DNA of 64,000 nt from Azolla caroliniana. Its lineage: Eukaryota > Plantae > Polypodiophyta. The translations under genes were made by a program, and so were the position numbers. The notes under the pieces are model-generated. The model worked only from the letters and a program-made list of their open reading frames with translations. It ran no database searches and was not told where the DNA came from. The stretch's first letter is position 1; every line of letters begins with the position of its first letter. The stretch covers positions 20,274,001-20,338,000 of the forward strand of contig JBHGNT010000012.1 of the NCBI GenBank assembly GCA_043228905.1. The letters are read 5' to 3'. This document shows, one piece after another, positions 38,428-51,535 of the stretch.

Positions 38428-39143
38428 AAAATATAATTTGTCACATGATACACCTTGTGCACCACATGACAAACATATGAGAGCCTCCTATGACTATAAG
38501 GAGTGATTATGAGAAAACAAGTCTAAGGAGAGAATAGAGTATTTGCAAGGTAATAAGAAGAGGCCTAGCTTGTTGACGACAACAATGCTCACATTGTATG
38601 GGGAGGGCAAAGGTTCGAAATCACAACATTCACAAGTATCACTTTTTGAGCTTTGTCTCTCAATCTCTCATTGGGAATAATAAGGGTTCAATGGTGCAAG
38701 CACGATTGCAGTTGCTCGAAACGTGTTTATATAATATAATTATTTCCCACTTGGGTATGGATGAAACCATTCTTGCATTTAGACAACTCGTCAATGATCA
38801 TATTGTGGATGTACCAAGTTACCATTGCAGAAAGATATTATGATTGTTCTGAAGTGACTGCATTCTTTGAATGTATTAAAAAGGACCACTATAATTGAGT
38901 CTTCTCAACGGTACATCCCTATTATTTTCCTTTCTTTTGTCCAAAATCACAATGATTCCTTCGTCACGTTTCGTGTTATCTAGTATGCTAGTCACCACTT
39001 CACAATGTACACGAGGTGCTTAACATGTCTCAAATTAAGGTGTTGAGGTATTGTTTGGTCACGCCACCAAATTGCACGAGACACCCCTCTTGCTATTCCA
39101 ATAATGATGACGATAAAAGTCACAAAAGCTTATTGGAGATGAA

Positions 39144-39216
39144 ACATTTGTAGGCAATTGGATCAAAACAATGGATTGTGGATCCATCATGCACGGGTTC
39201 AATCCCCGTCATATGG
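39144..39216 (+). pseudogene. trnH: Degenerate organellar-type tRNA-His(GUG) copy (NUPT/NUMT or SINE head)
   Basis: TGTAGGCAATTGGATCAAAACAATGGATTGTGGATCCATCATGCACGGGTTCAATCCCCGTC follows plastid trnH-GUG as I recall it. The anticodon arm (TGGAT-TGTGG-ATCCA) and T-arm are intact; the acceptor stem is decayed. Confidence 0.7.
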
Positions 39217-41473
39217 AATTCCATTAATACTTTTGTGTTTGAAAGAAATCTTGGTTTTTGTTACTCCCAAGGGTTGTTCTTTTCAAATCAATGAAACCCT
39301 CCTCAACATATGAACTAAAACAATTTCCTTGTGCGAGTAGCTCGAGATAAGCATTGATAATTGTCAATGCTTTTATTTATTTCAAGCATTGATCCTTTTA
39401 TGCATTGAGTTTGAGACACTTACCATGATATGTTTCTAAGAAAATAATATATTTTCTTCACGGGATCGTCCGTGAGTGAACAGTTCTAGAGTTTGTTTTT
39501 TGCAGCCATTCAAAATGTTGGTCACATGTCTTCATAAAATACATTTTTTTCGATTGAGCCCATTCCAACATAATTTTCAATTTATTTTGACTTGCACCCT
39601 TGAACACATACTTCACGAAATATTCGCAAGTTTAGGCAACTCACAATTTGATGTTTGGGACATTGTTTTTAGTGTTGATGTGACTACAATTAGTTTTTAT
39701 TGCATTTGCATGTTATGGAAAAAATCATGTATTGCAAAGGTAAATGTGGGTAATGTAGTCTCAAGTCGTTGAGGAGACGTCAACAATGTTCCAAAGAGTT
39801 TATTTCTACTTATGTACTTAGCTTGTGCACGTGACTCCTTAACAAAAATTCCATGATGTACGTAACACTTGAACGTTTGCACATTATACACTTGTAGGGC
39901 CTATAGGGCCCATGACAACATTTTTTCGTCATAGAGAAATACAAAATCTAACAAATGACAGAAAACACACAAAATTTGACTTTTGTATGAAAATTATATG
40001 GTCATTAAATAGGAGTTGATACCTCTCTAGGTAGCTACTAGGTTACATCAAGGGCAAATACATATTATGATGCGAACATGTTCAAGAGACCAAATGTACC
40101 ATGATTGTGGATGTTCTCATCGTTGCATGATTGAGTTTAATATACAAAATCACTACATCAATATGTGGTCCAATGCACAAGAGAGGGCTGAAAAACAAGT
40201 ATACAAATTTGATTACGATCATACACGAGTTCATCTTATCAAAGTTTTATTTCTTAACTTGACCCTCGGTAACGTAATGTGGTGGTGGATATACAATTGC
40301 CACAAACATAAAAAAACAAAGTCAAGCACGAGTTTAGTATCGGTAGGATTTGGATTTCTTATTATCAGTGTTCAAACAAGCTTGTGTTTTATAGGGGTTG
40401 CACAAAATATGTGCCATTGTATGGGATCCAAAAACACTTTTCACGAAAATATGATATAAATGTGGTGTAAGGTTATTTTCCCGGGAAAAGAGTCACACAA
40501 TTCTAAAATGTCCATGGGGAATAGATAATCCACCTTTGATTGCAATTATACACGCCCCGCTCCAAAAGTTAATAAACCTAAATCATTAGTCTGACAAAAC
40601 ATTGTAATTCATGATAGGTTGGAGACAATGGACCCAAACCTAACATCCAGAGTCTTTGGGCTAAAATAGTTACAATGCGCTTTGTTGAGGTATTAGGTGC
40701 TAACACGAACTTCAAATAAGAAACATGGTGTAACTAACCAATTGTAATATTATTCCTTCAAGCGTCGAGGATCAATGATGGAAAAAGTGAGACAAAGGCC
40801 AAATGACACTAATGATGATATCTGCAAAAGTGAATTCATTGGTAGAGAAGTTATGTGATATACTTACAAAGAAGGGCAAAACCTTGCTACTTAATCAATG
40901 ATGCTCACAAGTTGAATAGTTGTTTTGGAACGTGATTTCTAGATGTTCATGCCTACTTTTACCAAGCATATTATTGGGTTGTTTCTAGTTTACCCTTCAC
41001 TGGACTTATCACCACGGACAATTCTTTCTCCTTTATAAAATCAATGGAGAGAATATGTATTTGTTTTTGTATCATTCCTTATTTCATTTACTCCATTTGA
41101 TCTTGTAGACAAATTGTACATGTTTTTGTAGCATTAAAAAGTGCAAATGACAAAGGATTAATGTTTGTCATCCCAAAAAACAATTCTATGTTGGAGATTG
41201 AAAGGACATTGAAATATTATTGTACATTAGCAAGAATTTTATGACTAGGGCAACATGAGATGTATCTACCGTAAGACTATATTCTTTTTTTCATTATATA
41301 TTGCTTTGACTCTCTTTTATCCGAGGACGGTTATTGAGAATTCTAGCATCTCGACAAATTATAACATAGTCATGTATTACGTAATCTCTACATAGATAGA
41401 CGAAAATAAAAAAACAAATGAACAAAATAGAGATGGATAGATTCTATTACCATCCTCACGGAACACACACGAC

Positions 41474-41515
<42 letters not shown>

Positions 41516-41797
41516 GGGGGGGGAAGACAAAGTTAAATTGACATATTATAAGTTATGGGTCTTGTTTGATAATATTCATGGAGTATGACATTAATATCCA
41601 TATGATGGAAGGAAAAACTTATTTGGTAGTTCTTGCAACTAAGATTTGTGGGAACCTTGTTAATGGATTGAAGATCCTCCGTGGTTAATCTTGCCATAAA
41701 GATCCTAGAAACATACCACATCACATGGAACAAGTCTTTTGTTTTGTCCTATAATTGGATATGTAGATATATGTGTGTATATGTGCGTGTGCGTGCA

Positions 41798-42003
41798 TAC
41801 TAACACAAATAACAAAAGGTCAATTGATCTCCGCACACTCAGTTGGATGCATCTTGCCTAGGGGTAAGATTTCAAGTAAAACCTCGAAATTTGCATTCAA
41901 TACTAACACAATATAACAAAAGTTCAATTGATCTCCATACACTTAATTTGATGCATCTTGCCCAAGGGTAAGATTTCACGTGAAACCTCGAAATTTGCAT
42001 TCA
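41798..42003. repeat. Tandem duplication of about 103 bp
   Basis: TACTAACACAA..CAATTGATCTCC..GATGCATCTTGCC..AAACCTCGAAATTTGCATTCAA occurs twice. Confidence 0.85.
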
Positions 42004-42486
42004 ATAGCGCAATTCCTAAGGAACTTGCATAACCACCAAAACTGTTCAAGACTATCCAAAGACAAACACTTATTTCTTCCATTCACCATAACACTCGTTG
42101 ATTTTCTAAAATTAGCCAAACGGTAATCAACTTCTCTAGTTCAAAAAGCTATACGGGTACATTGATGTATCTTACATTCAATATTATAATGCAACTTCCA
42201 ACAATTGCCTTAAAACTCACAAGAAATGTTGTATTTACCGTGGAGAACACCCAAATACCCATGATTTGTCAGACATTTATTTATGCAACCGTTTTAAATA
42301 ATGATCACATTGCCCCTTTATTACGAATGAAACTACCTTGCAAACCATATGTACACCTTTATGGATAGTTCTTGATGACATCTGTCGTATCTTTAGGGTT
42401 TAGTTGTGACTGTGTTATTGAATTGAAGGAGGGCTATGTGTTGGCTGATCGACCGACCAACCGAGCATCCATTGTTTAGAGTTTAC

Positions 42487-42832
42487 TAGTACGACTCATC
42501 TCAAGCTTGAACCGAACCGTTAAACTGTTTTAAATGGTTTGTCGGTTTGGTTTGGTTTAGGCTTGAGCTTCCTTAACCGATTTGACCTCGGGTTGTGATG
42601 GCTCAAGCTAAACTGAACCGGTTTTCAAACCGCTTAATGCTTAATCGGCTTGGATAAACCGATTCCTAAACTAGTTTAGGCTTAATTAGTTTGACCAAAC
42701 TGGTTTAGCATTTACCGGTTTAGGAACCGGTTGTATTCAAGTTTGGAAACTCCCAAACTGGTTAAGGCTTAATCGGTTTAGTTTGGAGAAGTCCAAACTG
42801 GTTAAGCCGAAACGAGCCGTCGTCGATTCCTA
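42487..42832. mobile_element. Related hAT-type MITE in the polygalacturonase promoter (left end degenerate)
   Basis: Right terminus CCGTCGTCGATTCCTA resembles the TIRs at 20674 and 23291; dense AACCG/CGGTT motifs. Confidence 0.55.
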
Positions 42833-42888
42833 GGGTTTAGGGTTTATGGTCTGGGTTTAGGTTAGGGTTAGGGTTAGGGTTAGGGTTT
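42831..42888 (+). repeat. Interstitial telomeric repeat / telo-box cluster
   Basis: TAGGG-TTTAGGG-TTTATGG..TTTAGG followed by (TTAGGG)4. Confidence 0.8.
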
Positions 42889-43062
42889 GGGGCGGCGACA
42901 GCGACAGCGACTGCGACAGGGAGGGGATGGTACCTCAGTAGAGGTGAAAAAAGTGCTGATCACGAGAGATTCGCCTCAGTCTCTTTCTTTCTTTCTTTCT
43001 GTCTGTCTGTCTCTGCCTTGTTTCCATTGATCCTTCTTCTTCTTCTTCATCCTCTCGCTACC

Positions 43063-46000
43063 ATGAAGATTCTGTCTCTCTCTCCCCCTTGCAGGCTTTT
43101 CGTGCAGGTTTCCTGTACCGTTCCTCATCTCCCTACAAGTACATTCCCAGGCTCTTTATATATGTATCGCCTTCTCCTCCTCCACGGCTCATCGTTCGTC
43201 TCAACAGCTCCCGTGGGTATCATCTTCGGCCTCCATTTCCATTTCCATCTCCAGAATGACAAAATCACACGTAAGTGCCGCCATATCCTTCGCCTTCTTT
43301 TGCTCTCTTCCGATTATCGCCTTGTTTCTTGAGCTTGTCTGTAAAAAAAAAAAACCTAGTTCTCTGACAGAGAAACGCTTTCTTTGCTGCTTGCCTTCTT
43401 GTTACTGGAGCCTCTTTCTTAACTTAGTTCTTCGTGCCTTCATAACGTAGCTATTCGGAAATCAGAATCGTAAGCAATTTGACCTTATCCTTGCTTATTT
43501 TTTCTCGCTTTGTTCGTCATTGAGCTTCTTCCATAACTTTCCCTCGTCAGATCGATTTTCAAAGTAAAAGCATGGAATCAATGCAGGAGGAGGAAACATA
43601 TTACGTATAATCATAATAATTGCTTCTTGTTTTCTTCTTTCAAAAGCTCGCTAATGATAACAGAATGGAAGAAACACGGAAATGATAAAATTGCATGAGA
43701 TCATTTGATTCACGTGCCTTTGAGCTCTTTTCACAGCCTAGTATTTTTCTTAAGAAATCAATTGTCAGTCCTCTTTCCTTCATTTTTTAAACCAGTATTT
43801 GTTTAAGACCAAACAATGGCCATTTTCTCTATGAACTGAATTCCATGTTCTCGGCATTTTGAGAAGCCTTGTTTATAGGATTTGCATTTCTTCTCTTCTC
43901 GATGAAGAGCTCTATTTCACATTTGTGATGCTAATCATATCGAAGACATTCGGTAATTTTCAACCTTTTCTATTTTCTCTGATGAACCGTATTCATATCA
44001 CACTTGTCATGTTAACTTTGTCATCCATCCCTGAACGTATACAGACATCAAAATGCTTTCTTCAATTTTATACGGATTATTCCATGACAAATGTCTCCCT
44101 TATCATTCTATTTCTTTCTGTAAATTCCTGAGTATGAATTGTACATATGAAAATGCTTGTATATGCAAATAATGTCAGTATCATTTTGCTTCTTCTTCTG
44201 GATTTCAGGTAATTCTGCGTGCTATTTTCTTCACTCTGTTGCTATGTTATTTAACGAGCACATATGCTTTCTATAAGGATAGATGGATGGGATATCCACA
44301 AGATGACATGGATGCTATACCTAAAGACGATTTCTGTGCTAATCAGAGGGTCATACCAGTCAGGTCCAAAAGTGTTTCAATTGTTGATTTTGGCGCGATA
44401 GGTGATGGAAAGACCCTAAATACTCGGGCATTCAGAAATGCGATCACATATCTTAGTTCATTTTCGGATCTAGGTGGTGGTGAGCTATATATACCTAGTG
44501 GCAAATGGCTAACTGGAAGCTTCAATCTGACTAGCCACTTTACACTTTACTTGGATGAAGGTGCCATCTTACTTGGATCACAGGTGTCTACTATGACTTC
44601 AGTTTTCTTTGATAACTATTTTGTGATAGCTCTCTGGTTCCTGGATTACAAATAAGAGTCTAATCATATATTCTTTATATGCGTATCTTGATTTTTGGTC
44701 CAAACAATGCAAGAGCTACACAAACTTGGAATTTCATGCTTAACAACAGCATGTTAGTCATAACTTTCTTATAAGCAATGAAAAAGCATGCATTAATTGT
44801 GTTCAGGTCAGTTCTTGCTGACTTCTCATTTCGGTAACGATTCTTTAATGCTTTGATAAAAACCAACAGTACAATTAATCTGAGCCTTTGTTTGAGAACA
44901 GAACTAGAGGGCAGGCAGCAATGCTGCATATCTCCTTCTCATATGAAACTATTCTTACATAAATATGTGTATATATGCATGGAAATGGATAATGATTATG
45001 CAGCTGCATTCTTGTACAGGCTAATATATAATGTGTTGCATACCTATTAAAGAACCATTCATTGATACTGGATGTGTGCTACATTATCTGAAAGACCGAT
45101 ATTTTAAGCTGTAGCCACAGTAGAAAACACATCTTATGTTCTCATCACAATGTGGCATTTTATTTGTATACTTAGGATCCTAAAGAATGGCCTATCATCA
45201 TTCCACTGCCTTCTTATGGAAGCGGGAGAGAATTGCCTGGTGGGCGGCACATAAGCCTCATTCATGGAGAAAATCTTACCGATGTGGTTATAACAGGTAT
45301 ATGCTGAATACATAGGTTCGTGATTAAGTCTTTTGATTATTGTGAGTATTGTGTATTCATTTCTAGGAATGAACAAAAGATGGGATATAATCAGGTTTAT
45401 ATTGAATAATATGGGTCCTTATGTAAGCAATTATCATATTTCTATGTATGCATTTCTACTGTTGTACTACATATTTTGGTGTAGAGATTACTGGTTTACC
45501 CAAGTCAGCACTGTGTTGTGTTTTGATGGGGTTGCTTTACCTGAATTAGTGTTAAGTACTATCTTTCAGATGTTGACTCAAGCAAAAAGTTTCAAATTCT
45601 TAGGTTATTTATCAGAAGGGGATCTACTACTTTACCTACTTAGTGTTATGTATTGTCTTGGAGATGCGGCTATATATTAACACAAGTTTTGTGGCTTAAC
45701 AAGTGTGAGAAATCTGTAAGTTATCATAAGTTCTTTTTTTTTTTAATGTTTTACACATTGATAGGCAATAATGGTACTATTGATGGACAAGGAGAAATAT
45801 GGTGGCAATTGCATTTCAAAGGAAAACTTGATTTTACACGTGGCCATCTCCTAGAACTAATACACTCTCAAGATATTATCATCTCAAACCTAACTTTTAA
45901 GGACTCACCCTTTTGGAACATTCATCCAGTGTACTGCAGGTTCCCTCCGTAATGCTAAAATTTTGATTGTATATATATAGATTTCCATATAAACCAATTT

Positions 46001-47206
46001 GTGTGCCATTGTAATGTAATTCAGTTTTATGTGAAATTGTAGGGTGCTGAGGGTTTGATTTATCCTACACTATTTAAATCAGGAAAACTGAGAAATCTCC
46101 TTGAGTTTTTCTTTATTTCCTTCGAATGCCCCGAATGTCTTGTTACCTCCCCAAATGCCCTTGGTCAACCCAGGAAAGAGAGGGAAATGGGATAAATTGA
46201 CCATACTATTACTCAAGTACCACATCTAATTGCTCAAAAGAGGTTGATCAGGGGCAATCAGGGATACTGTGAAAACATAGAGGCATTTAGTGCAATGAAG
46301 AAAAATGGAAGGGGTGTTTCAGAGTTTTTCCTTGTTAACCATTTGCGTGCCTGATTCTTTACCGATCCTTTTGGGATATTTGTTACATTATTTAAGCATG
46401 ATTAATTGCTCACTAAGTGTTGCTTGTGGGGATAATCAGTAATGTGCTTATCCAAAACCTCACGATTCTAGCTCCAGTTCAATCTCCCAACACAGATGGA
46501 ATAGATCCAGGTTTGTGATGCATCTTTAAGGATAGTTGTTTTCTCAAACCATATGTTATGGAATGGTAAGTAAATTGAAAAAAATGCAGATTCAAGTGCA
46601 TATGTATGTATTGAGGATTGCTACATTGCGAATGGGGATGATCTCATATCTATAAAGAGTGGCTGGGATGAACATGGAATCAATTATGGAATTCCATCCT
46701 CAAATATAGCCATTCAACGGATTGAAGGGATGACTAGAGAAAGCTCTGGGATTTCATTAGGCAGTGAAATGTCAGGTGGTATATCAAATGTGTATATAAA
46801 TGATGTAATAGTGCATCATGCACATACAGGAATCCGGGTGAAATCAGGGCGAGGGCGAGGTGGCTATGTCAGAGATATCCATATCTCAAATCTTGTTTTA
46901 AGCAACCTAAAGACAGCCATTGGATTTACAGATTTCTATGCTGGCCACCCGGATGGTAACTATGATCCGAATGCGTTACCTTCTGTCGGGAATGTATTCA
47001 TTTCCAATGTTGTGGGGGATAACATATCAAATGCAGGTGATTTCCAAGGTTTGGCAGAGTCTCCTTTCCACGATATTTATCTCAGGAATATTACTTTGGA
47101 GGTACCTGCGCATCGACATGATGCATGGACATGCTCTTATGTACAAGGATATTCGGAATCTGTTCAACCATCGCCTTGCCCTTCGTTGTGTCAGAGCTTT
47201 GGCTAA
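43063..47206 (+). CDS. Glycoside hydrolase family 28 polygalacturonase-like protein, about 467 aa
   Basis: Exons 43063-43107, 44209-44583, 45176-45296, 45765-45939, 46440-46510, 46590-47206, all GT-AG, 1404 nt. Motifs DFGAIGDGKTLNT, WLTGSFNLTSHFTLYL, LPSYGSGRE, SPNTDGIDPD, GDDLISIKSGWDE, GISLGSEMSGG, IRVKS. The first exon is the least certain. Confidence 0.9.
46082..46331. mobile_element. Possible MITE (fold-back) in polygalacturonase intron 4
   Basis: Degenerate inverted termini of about 55 bp: GGAAAACTGAGAAATCTCCTT..AATGCCCC and GAGGCATTT..AAGGGGTGTTTCAGAGTTTTTCC. No clear TSD. Confidence 0.45.
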
Positions 47207-47589
47207 CATGATACAGTACAATGTGAAGGTGATGGACATGAAAAAGATATACATATTCATAGCTCACAAGTTCTCATCATCCACATTTTCACTTATGGGC
47301 AATATCCTCCCATGATTTGTCTAATCATTCAGATTTCAAAACTCAATCTCTCCATCCAGATTTCATACGAGGGCAAAGGTTGCAGTAGGTGATAGTTTAG
47401 ATGATTAATATTGAGATCTAGGGAGGTAGTTTTATGGGTAGTGGGTGTTTATTAGCAATTTCTTCAATGGCAGGAGTTTACTCTGATTCTATGAGTTACC
47501 TATTGATTTCAGGTGATTGTTCTCAATTGTATTCCGGAATTACAAAAGTAGTTCAATGAGTTGTGGCATTTATCGAAGTAGCGAAGGCT

Positions 47590-47925
47590 TTGATGCACAT
47601 ATTTTACTTGATTCTCTAACAAAGGTATCATTTGCTTTCAAGAGATAGTGTTGGCTCAACATAAAATGGTACATGGCTCGTGTGAGTGGCAACTTTCTAA
47701 TCATTGATGTGGAAATTCGTTTGTTGTCTTATTTAAATTTTGGCTAAAAGGCAAATTTCCAATTACATCGGATTTATTGATGCACATGTTTTTCTTGATT
47801 TTCTAACAAATATATTGTTTGCTTTGAAGCAATAGTGTTGCCACAACATAAAATGGTAGGTAGATTGTGTAAAGTGGTGACTTTCTAATCATTGATGTGG
47901 AAATTTGTTGTCTTATTTAAATTTG
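47590..47925. repeat. Diverged direct duplication downstream of the polygalacturonase gene
   Basis: TGATGCACAT..CAACATAAAATGGTA..CTTTCTAATCATTGATGTGGAAATT..TTGTCTTATTTAAATTT occurs twice, about 185 bp apart. Confidence 0.75.
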
Positions 47926-50239
47926 CCTAAGAAATGAATTCCCAATAACATTTGCGTCTGCAGTTTTTTAGATGAGAGGCTGGTTGTCTCTTATTTAAGT
48001 TGCTTGACATGCACACACCCTTGGATGAAAAGTTTAAGAAGTATATTGATGGGCTTGTGTGTGTAATTTGAAGAGGCGAATGATCATCCACGTATAAAGG
48101 AAAATGTAACCTCTCAATGGGAGGAATCTTTTCACTGTAAGAAAATTGGCACAATTTCCTATTAAAAGTCCAATCAGACTTGTAAAAGGTAGACGGACAA
48201 GAGTCAAAAGTAATCCGAAGATTATTATAAACATTCCATTGTAGGGTAATGGAGGTTCTCATGCACCATGATACCAACTTTAAGCTATGTTTCTTTATGT
48301 TTTGGGGGTTTCTATTGTCTAATAAAGTTATGATCACTTTTGGTACTAACTTGTGCAAATGACATGTTGAGATTAAGTTTGTTTGATTTTAGTCATTTTT
48401 ATGCTAGCTTCTTGTACAAACAATCCATCCAAGCCTGTGACCTCATTGGGTTGCAACACCGTCTAGAATGAGCAAACATCCACCTGCTACCAAATTGTAT
48501 TATGGATTGCTTGTTGTTGCCAAATGGAAATGTGTAGATATATGGCACTCATATCTCATGCTTTATTGATTGAAAACATTTGATCATGATATTTGAAAAA
48601 AGATAATCAATGCAATGATTTTTTGTGTAGAAATTGTTAAAACATAATTGGGGCTTGTTTGAAATGTTAAAGCCATGAATGAGAAGTCACATATGGTGGA
48701 GAATAGCACATCAATGCATTTTATGTCATTTTTTGTATGATTGAATTCATGATGTGACTTTTTTTGAACTTGTGTAAACTTTGTGGGTATGATTGTCAAA
48801 TTGAATGTGGAATTGGTTGTGAGTGGTCACACAAGGATCCTTAATTTATGTAGTGTTGATAATATTATTTTTCAATAATGTTACTATAATACTAGTTTAC
48901 TCCATTGAAAATAACCAACAAATATCTTGATTGAAAGAATTGGCAAATTTCTAATGCATTTTAGGGCGTACATGCATTAACTTACCATTAAAATGAAACC
49001 TTGCATTGGGTATAAAAATGTTGATGCCAATATTTTTGAGCCATTTATTTCAGCAATAAACCGTTATTTTGCATTCCTTATATTACATATAGGCAACAAC
49101 GTAATGACTTGCACTAGCAATGCATATGCTTTGTCACTACACAAGTATGCTTATATGGTTTGAATTTAGAATTGCATGCAACTTATTGAATCTATACGTA
49201 GTATTTTGCATTTCCACCATACATCTCATATTGATATGGTTATCTACTACATACATTGAATTAAATTAATATATTCTAAAATAAAAAATGTCTACGTATG
49301 GAATTTTGAGAAGTTGAAGCCAATTTTTATATGATGTTGTAGTTTAACCAAAGGCATTATGAATCTTGTATATGGGCATGCTCAATTTGTCATAGAGATA
49401 ATAAGTGTGTCTCCACTAACACCAATAAGTAGTATACAAAGCCCGAACAACTTGGTATATATTAACGCCAACCTTGTCTCAATATTTTAGTAAGGGCCTT
49501 GGATACTTATGGTTGGATATTATTTTTGAACATGAATGCTTCACCCTATGTTTTACGTTGGGGAACCTTTTTCTCTTGTGCAATACCATAGTAGGATTGG
49601 TCTTCATGTATCTTATTCATTTATATGGTTTGATAATACTAGGTAGACATATCAAATGTCCATCTATATGTCTAGGGACGTTATCTCCTTCCACACTTCC
49701 GTATGTTGCCTTGGGATTTAAACGTAGCCTCGATGCAAAACTAATTTATTAAGTATCTCCCTAGGCATGTATAGACTCGACAAATGATCACATTGCATAA
49801 AATTGTACGTACATGTGCTACTCAAGGGGGACCGCGAGGGACCTAAACTGAGGAGGACGTTCACAAAGTGAGAAGATTCTTTAGACTGCTTCATTGTTCT
49901 CATTGTGTGGCGACAATGCAAATGTAGGAAATGATCCAAACTTAGGCGTCGACACAAACAAAGGAGTTAATGTGAACAATAGAGTTGATGCGAACGAATG
50001 ACGATGTCGCGAACACAGGAGTCGAGGTAAACGATGGTACACTTGAGAAGAAGAAGAAGATGGAGATGAAGAAGAACCCTAAATATTCACGAAGAAGAGA
50101 AAAAACTACAACTCTAAAAACCTAAAGTACGATGAGGAGGAGAAGAAGAACTAAGAAGTGAAGGAGAGGAAGCAAAAACACTAATGGTACACACTCCAAA
50201 CCATTATTTCCCATAAAGGTATCAAATCGAGTTTCTACG

Positions 50240-50680
50240 CAAATGGACAAAGTGTTGTTGGATTGAGACCCTCAAAGGATAGATGGACAGAAAAAGAGTT
50301 ATCAGATCTAGGCCCTCAATGGACGGACGAGCAAACAAAAGTGTTATCAGATCGAGGCCCACAGTGGACGAACAGATGGACAAAGTGTTGTTGGATCGAG
50401 ACCCTCGATGGACGGATGAACGGACAAAGTGATATTGGATCGCGATCATCAATGGACGGATGAATGGACAAAGTGTTATCAGATGATGGAGGTCCTCAAT
50501 GGACGAAATAGACGGACAAAGTGTTATCGGATTGATATCCTCGGGCCTCAATGGAGGGGTTGGGCTGATGGACAAAAGTGTGATTGGATCGAGACCCTCA
50601 ATTGATGGACGGGCGGACAAATTGTGATCGGATCGAGACCCTCAATGGACAGACGGATGGACAAAGTGTTATCGGATGAA
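50240..50680. repeat. Minisatellite with a unit of about 40 bp, roughly 10 copies
   Basis: Unit ATGGACAAAGTGTTATCGGATCGAGACCCTCAATGGACGG with variants. Confidence 0.85.
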
Positions 50681-50704
50681 GTTGGTGAAGATGTCTGGTC
50701 CCCC

Positions 50705-50741
<37 letters not shown>

Positions 50742-50819
50742 GCTCCTCTTCTTCTGTATTTGGTGTTTGTTTGTTGTTCCTCGTGTGAAACCACACACAC
50801 TTCACTCCAAAATTAGCCT

Positions 50820-51127
50820 TCTATCTCTCTCTCTCTGTTTCTCCCTTCCACTTCTCTCTCCTCTCTCTCTCTCTCACTCTCTCTGTTTCTCTCTCCCACT
50901 TCTCTCTCTTCTCTCTCTCTCTCTCTCTGTTTCTCTCTTCCACTTCTCTCTCCTCTCTCTCTCTCTCACTCTCTCTGTTTCTCTCTCCCACTTCTCTCTC
51001 TTCTCTCTCTCTCTCTCTCTGTTTCTCCCTTCCACTTCTCTCTCCTCTCTCTCTCTCACTCTATCTGTTTCTCTCTCCCACTTCTCTCTCTTCTCTCTTC
51101 TCTCTCTCTCTCTTCTCTTCTCTCTCT
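50820..51127. repeat. CT-rich compound satellite
   Basis: Unit of about 35-40 bp, CTCTCTGTTTCTCxCTxCCACTTCTCTCTC, repeated about 7 times. Confidence 0.85.
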
Positions 51128-51129
51128 GA

Positions 51130-51535
51130 TGCTGCTACTGCTACTAGTACTTCTACTACACACCAGACAAAACTAATTCCTTCTTCTTCTTCTTCTTCTT
51201 CTTCAGAGAAAAGAAAGAAAGAAAGGAAGAAAGAAGAAACGTCGTCTTGGGTTCGCCTTCCCCCTTCTTCTTCTTCTTCTTCTTCTTTTCCTTTCGGAAT
51301 CTTGGCGTGTGAAAACAAGAAAGATCTCTTCTTCTTCTTCTTCCTCGTAGTAAAAACCATTCCGAGTTCCTAATTCTGGTCGTGCTTTCAAACCCTAGAA
51401 AGACGCAGGTTCTGCAAGCAGGGAAGACCACAGGGCTCTCCGCGCCTTCGTTAAAGAAAGATCAATACTTGATCGAGATCATATTCTTTGATGGGCGATC
51501 TGATCCTTTCCTTTCAGACTTAATCCAGCACTGAC
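51130..51535 (+). other. Probable 5' UTR exon of the 53346 gene
   Basis: (CTT)n-rich leader; donor GAC|GTAAGT at 51536 and acceptor AACAG at 53309 upstream of the ATG at 53346. The start is approximate. Confidence 0.55.

Noticed and set aside
50222-51431. Several repetitive ORFs (LDPITL.., ERERER, SLSLSL), and the 40-bp array as a possible CRISPR
   Set aside because: These are translations of mini- and microsatellites. The array has no unique spacers, no cas genes are nearby and the context is eukaryotic.
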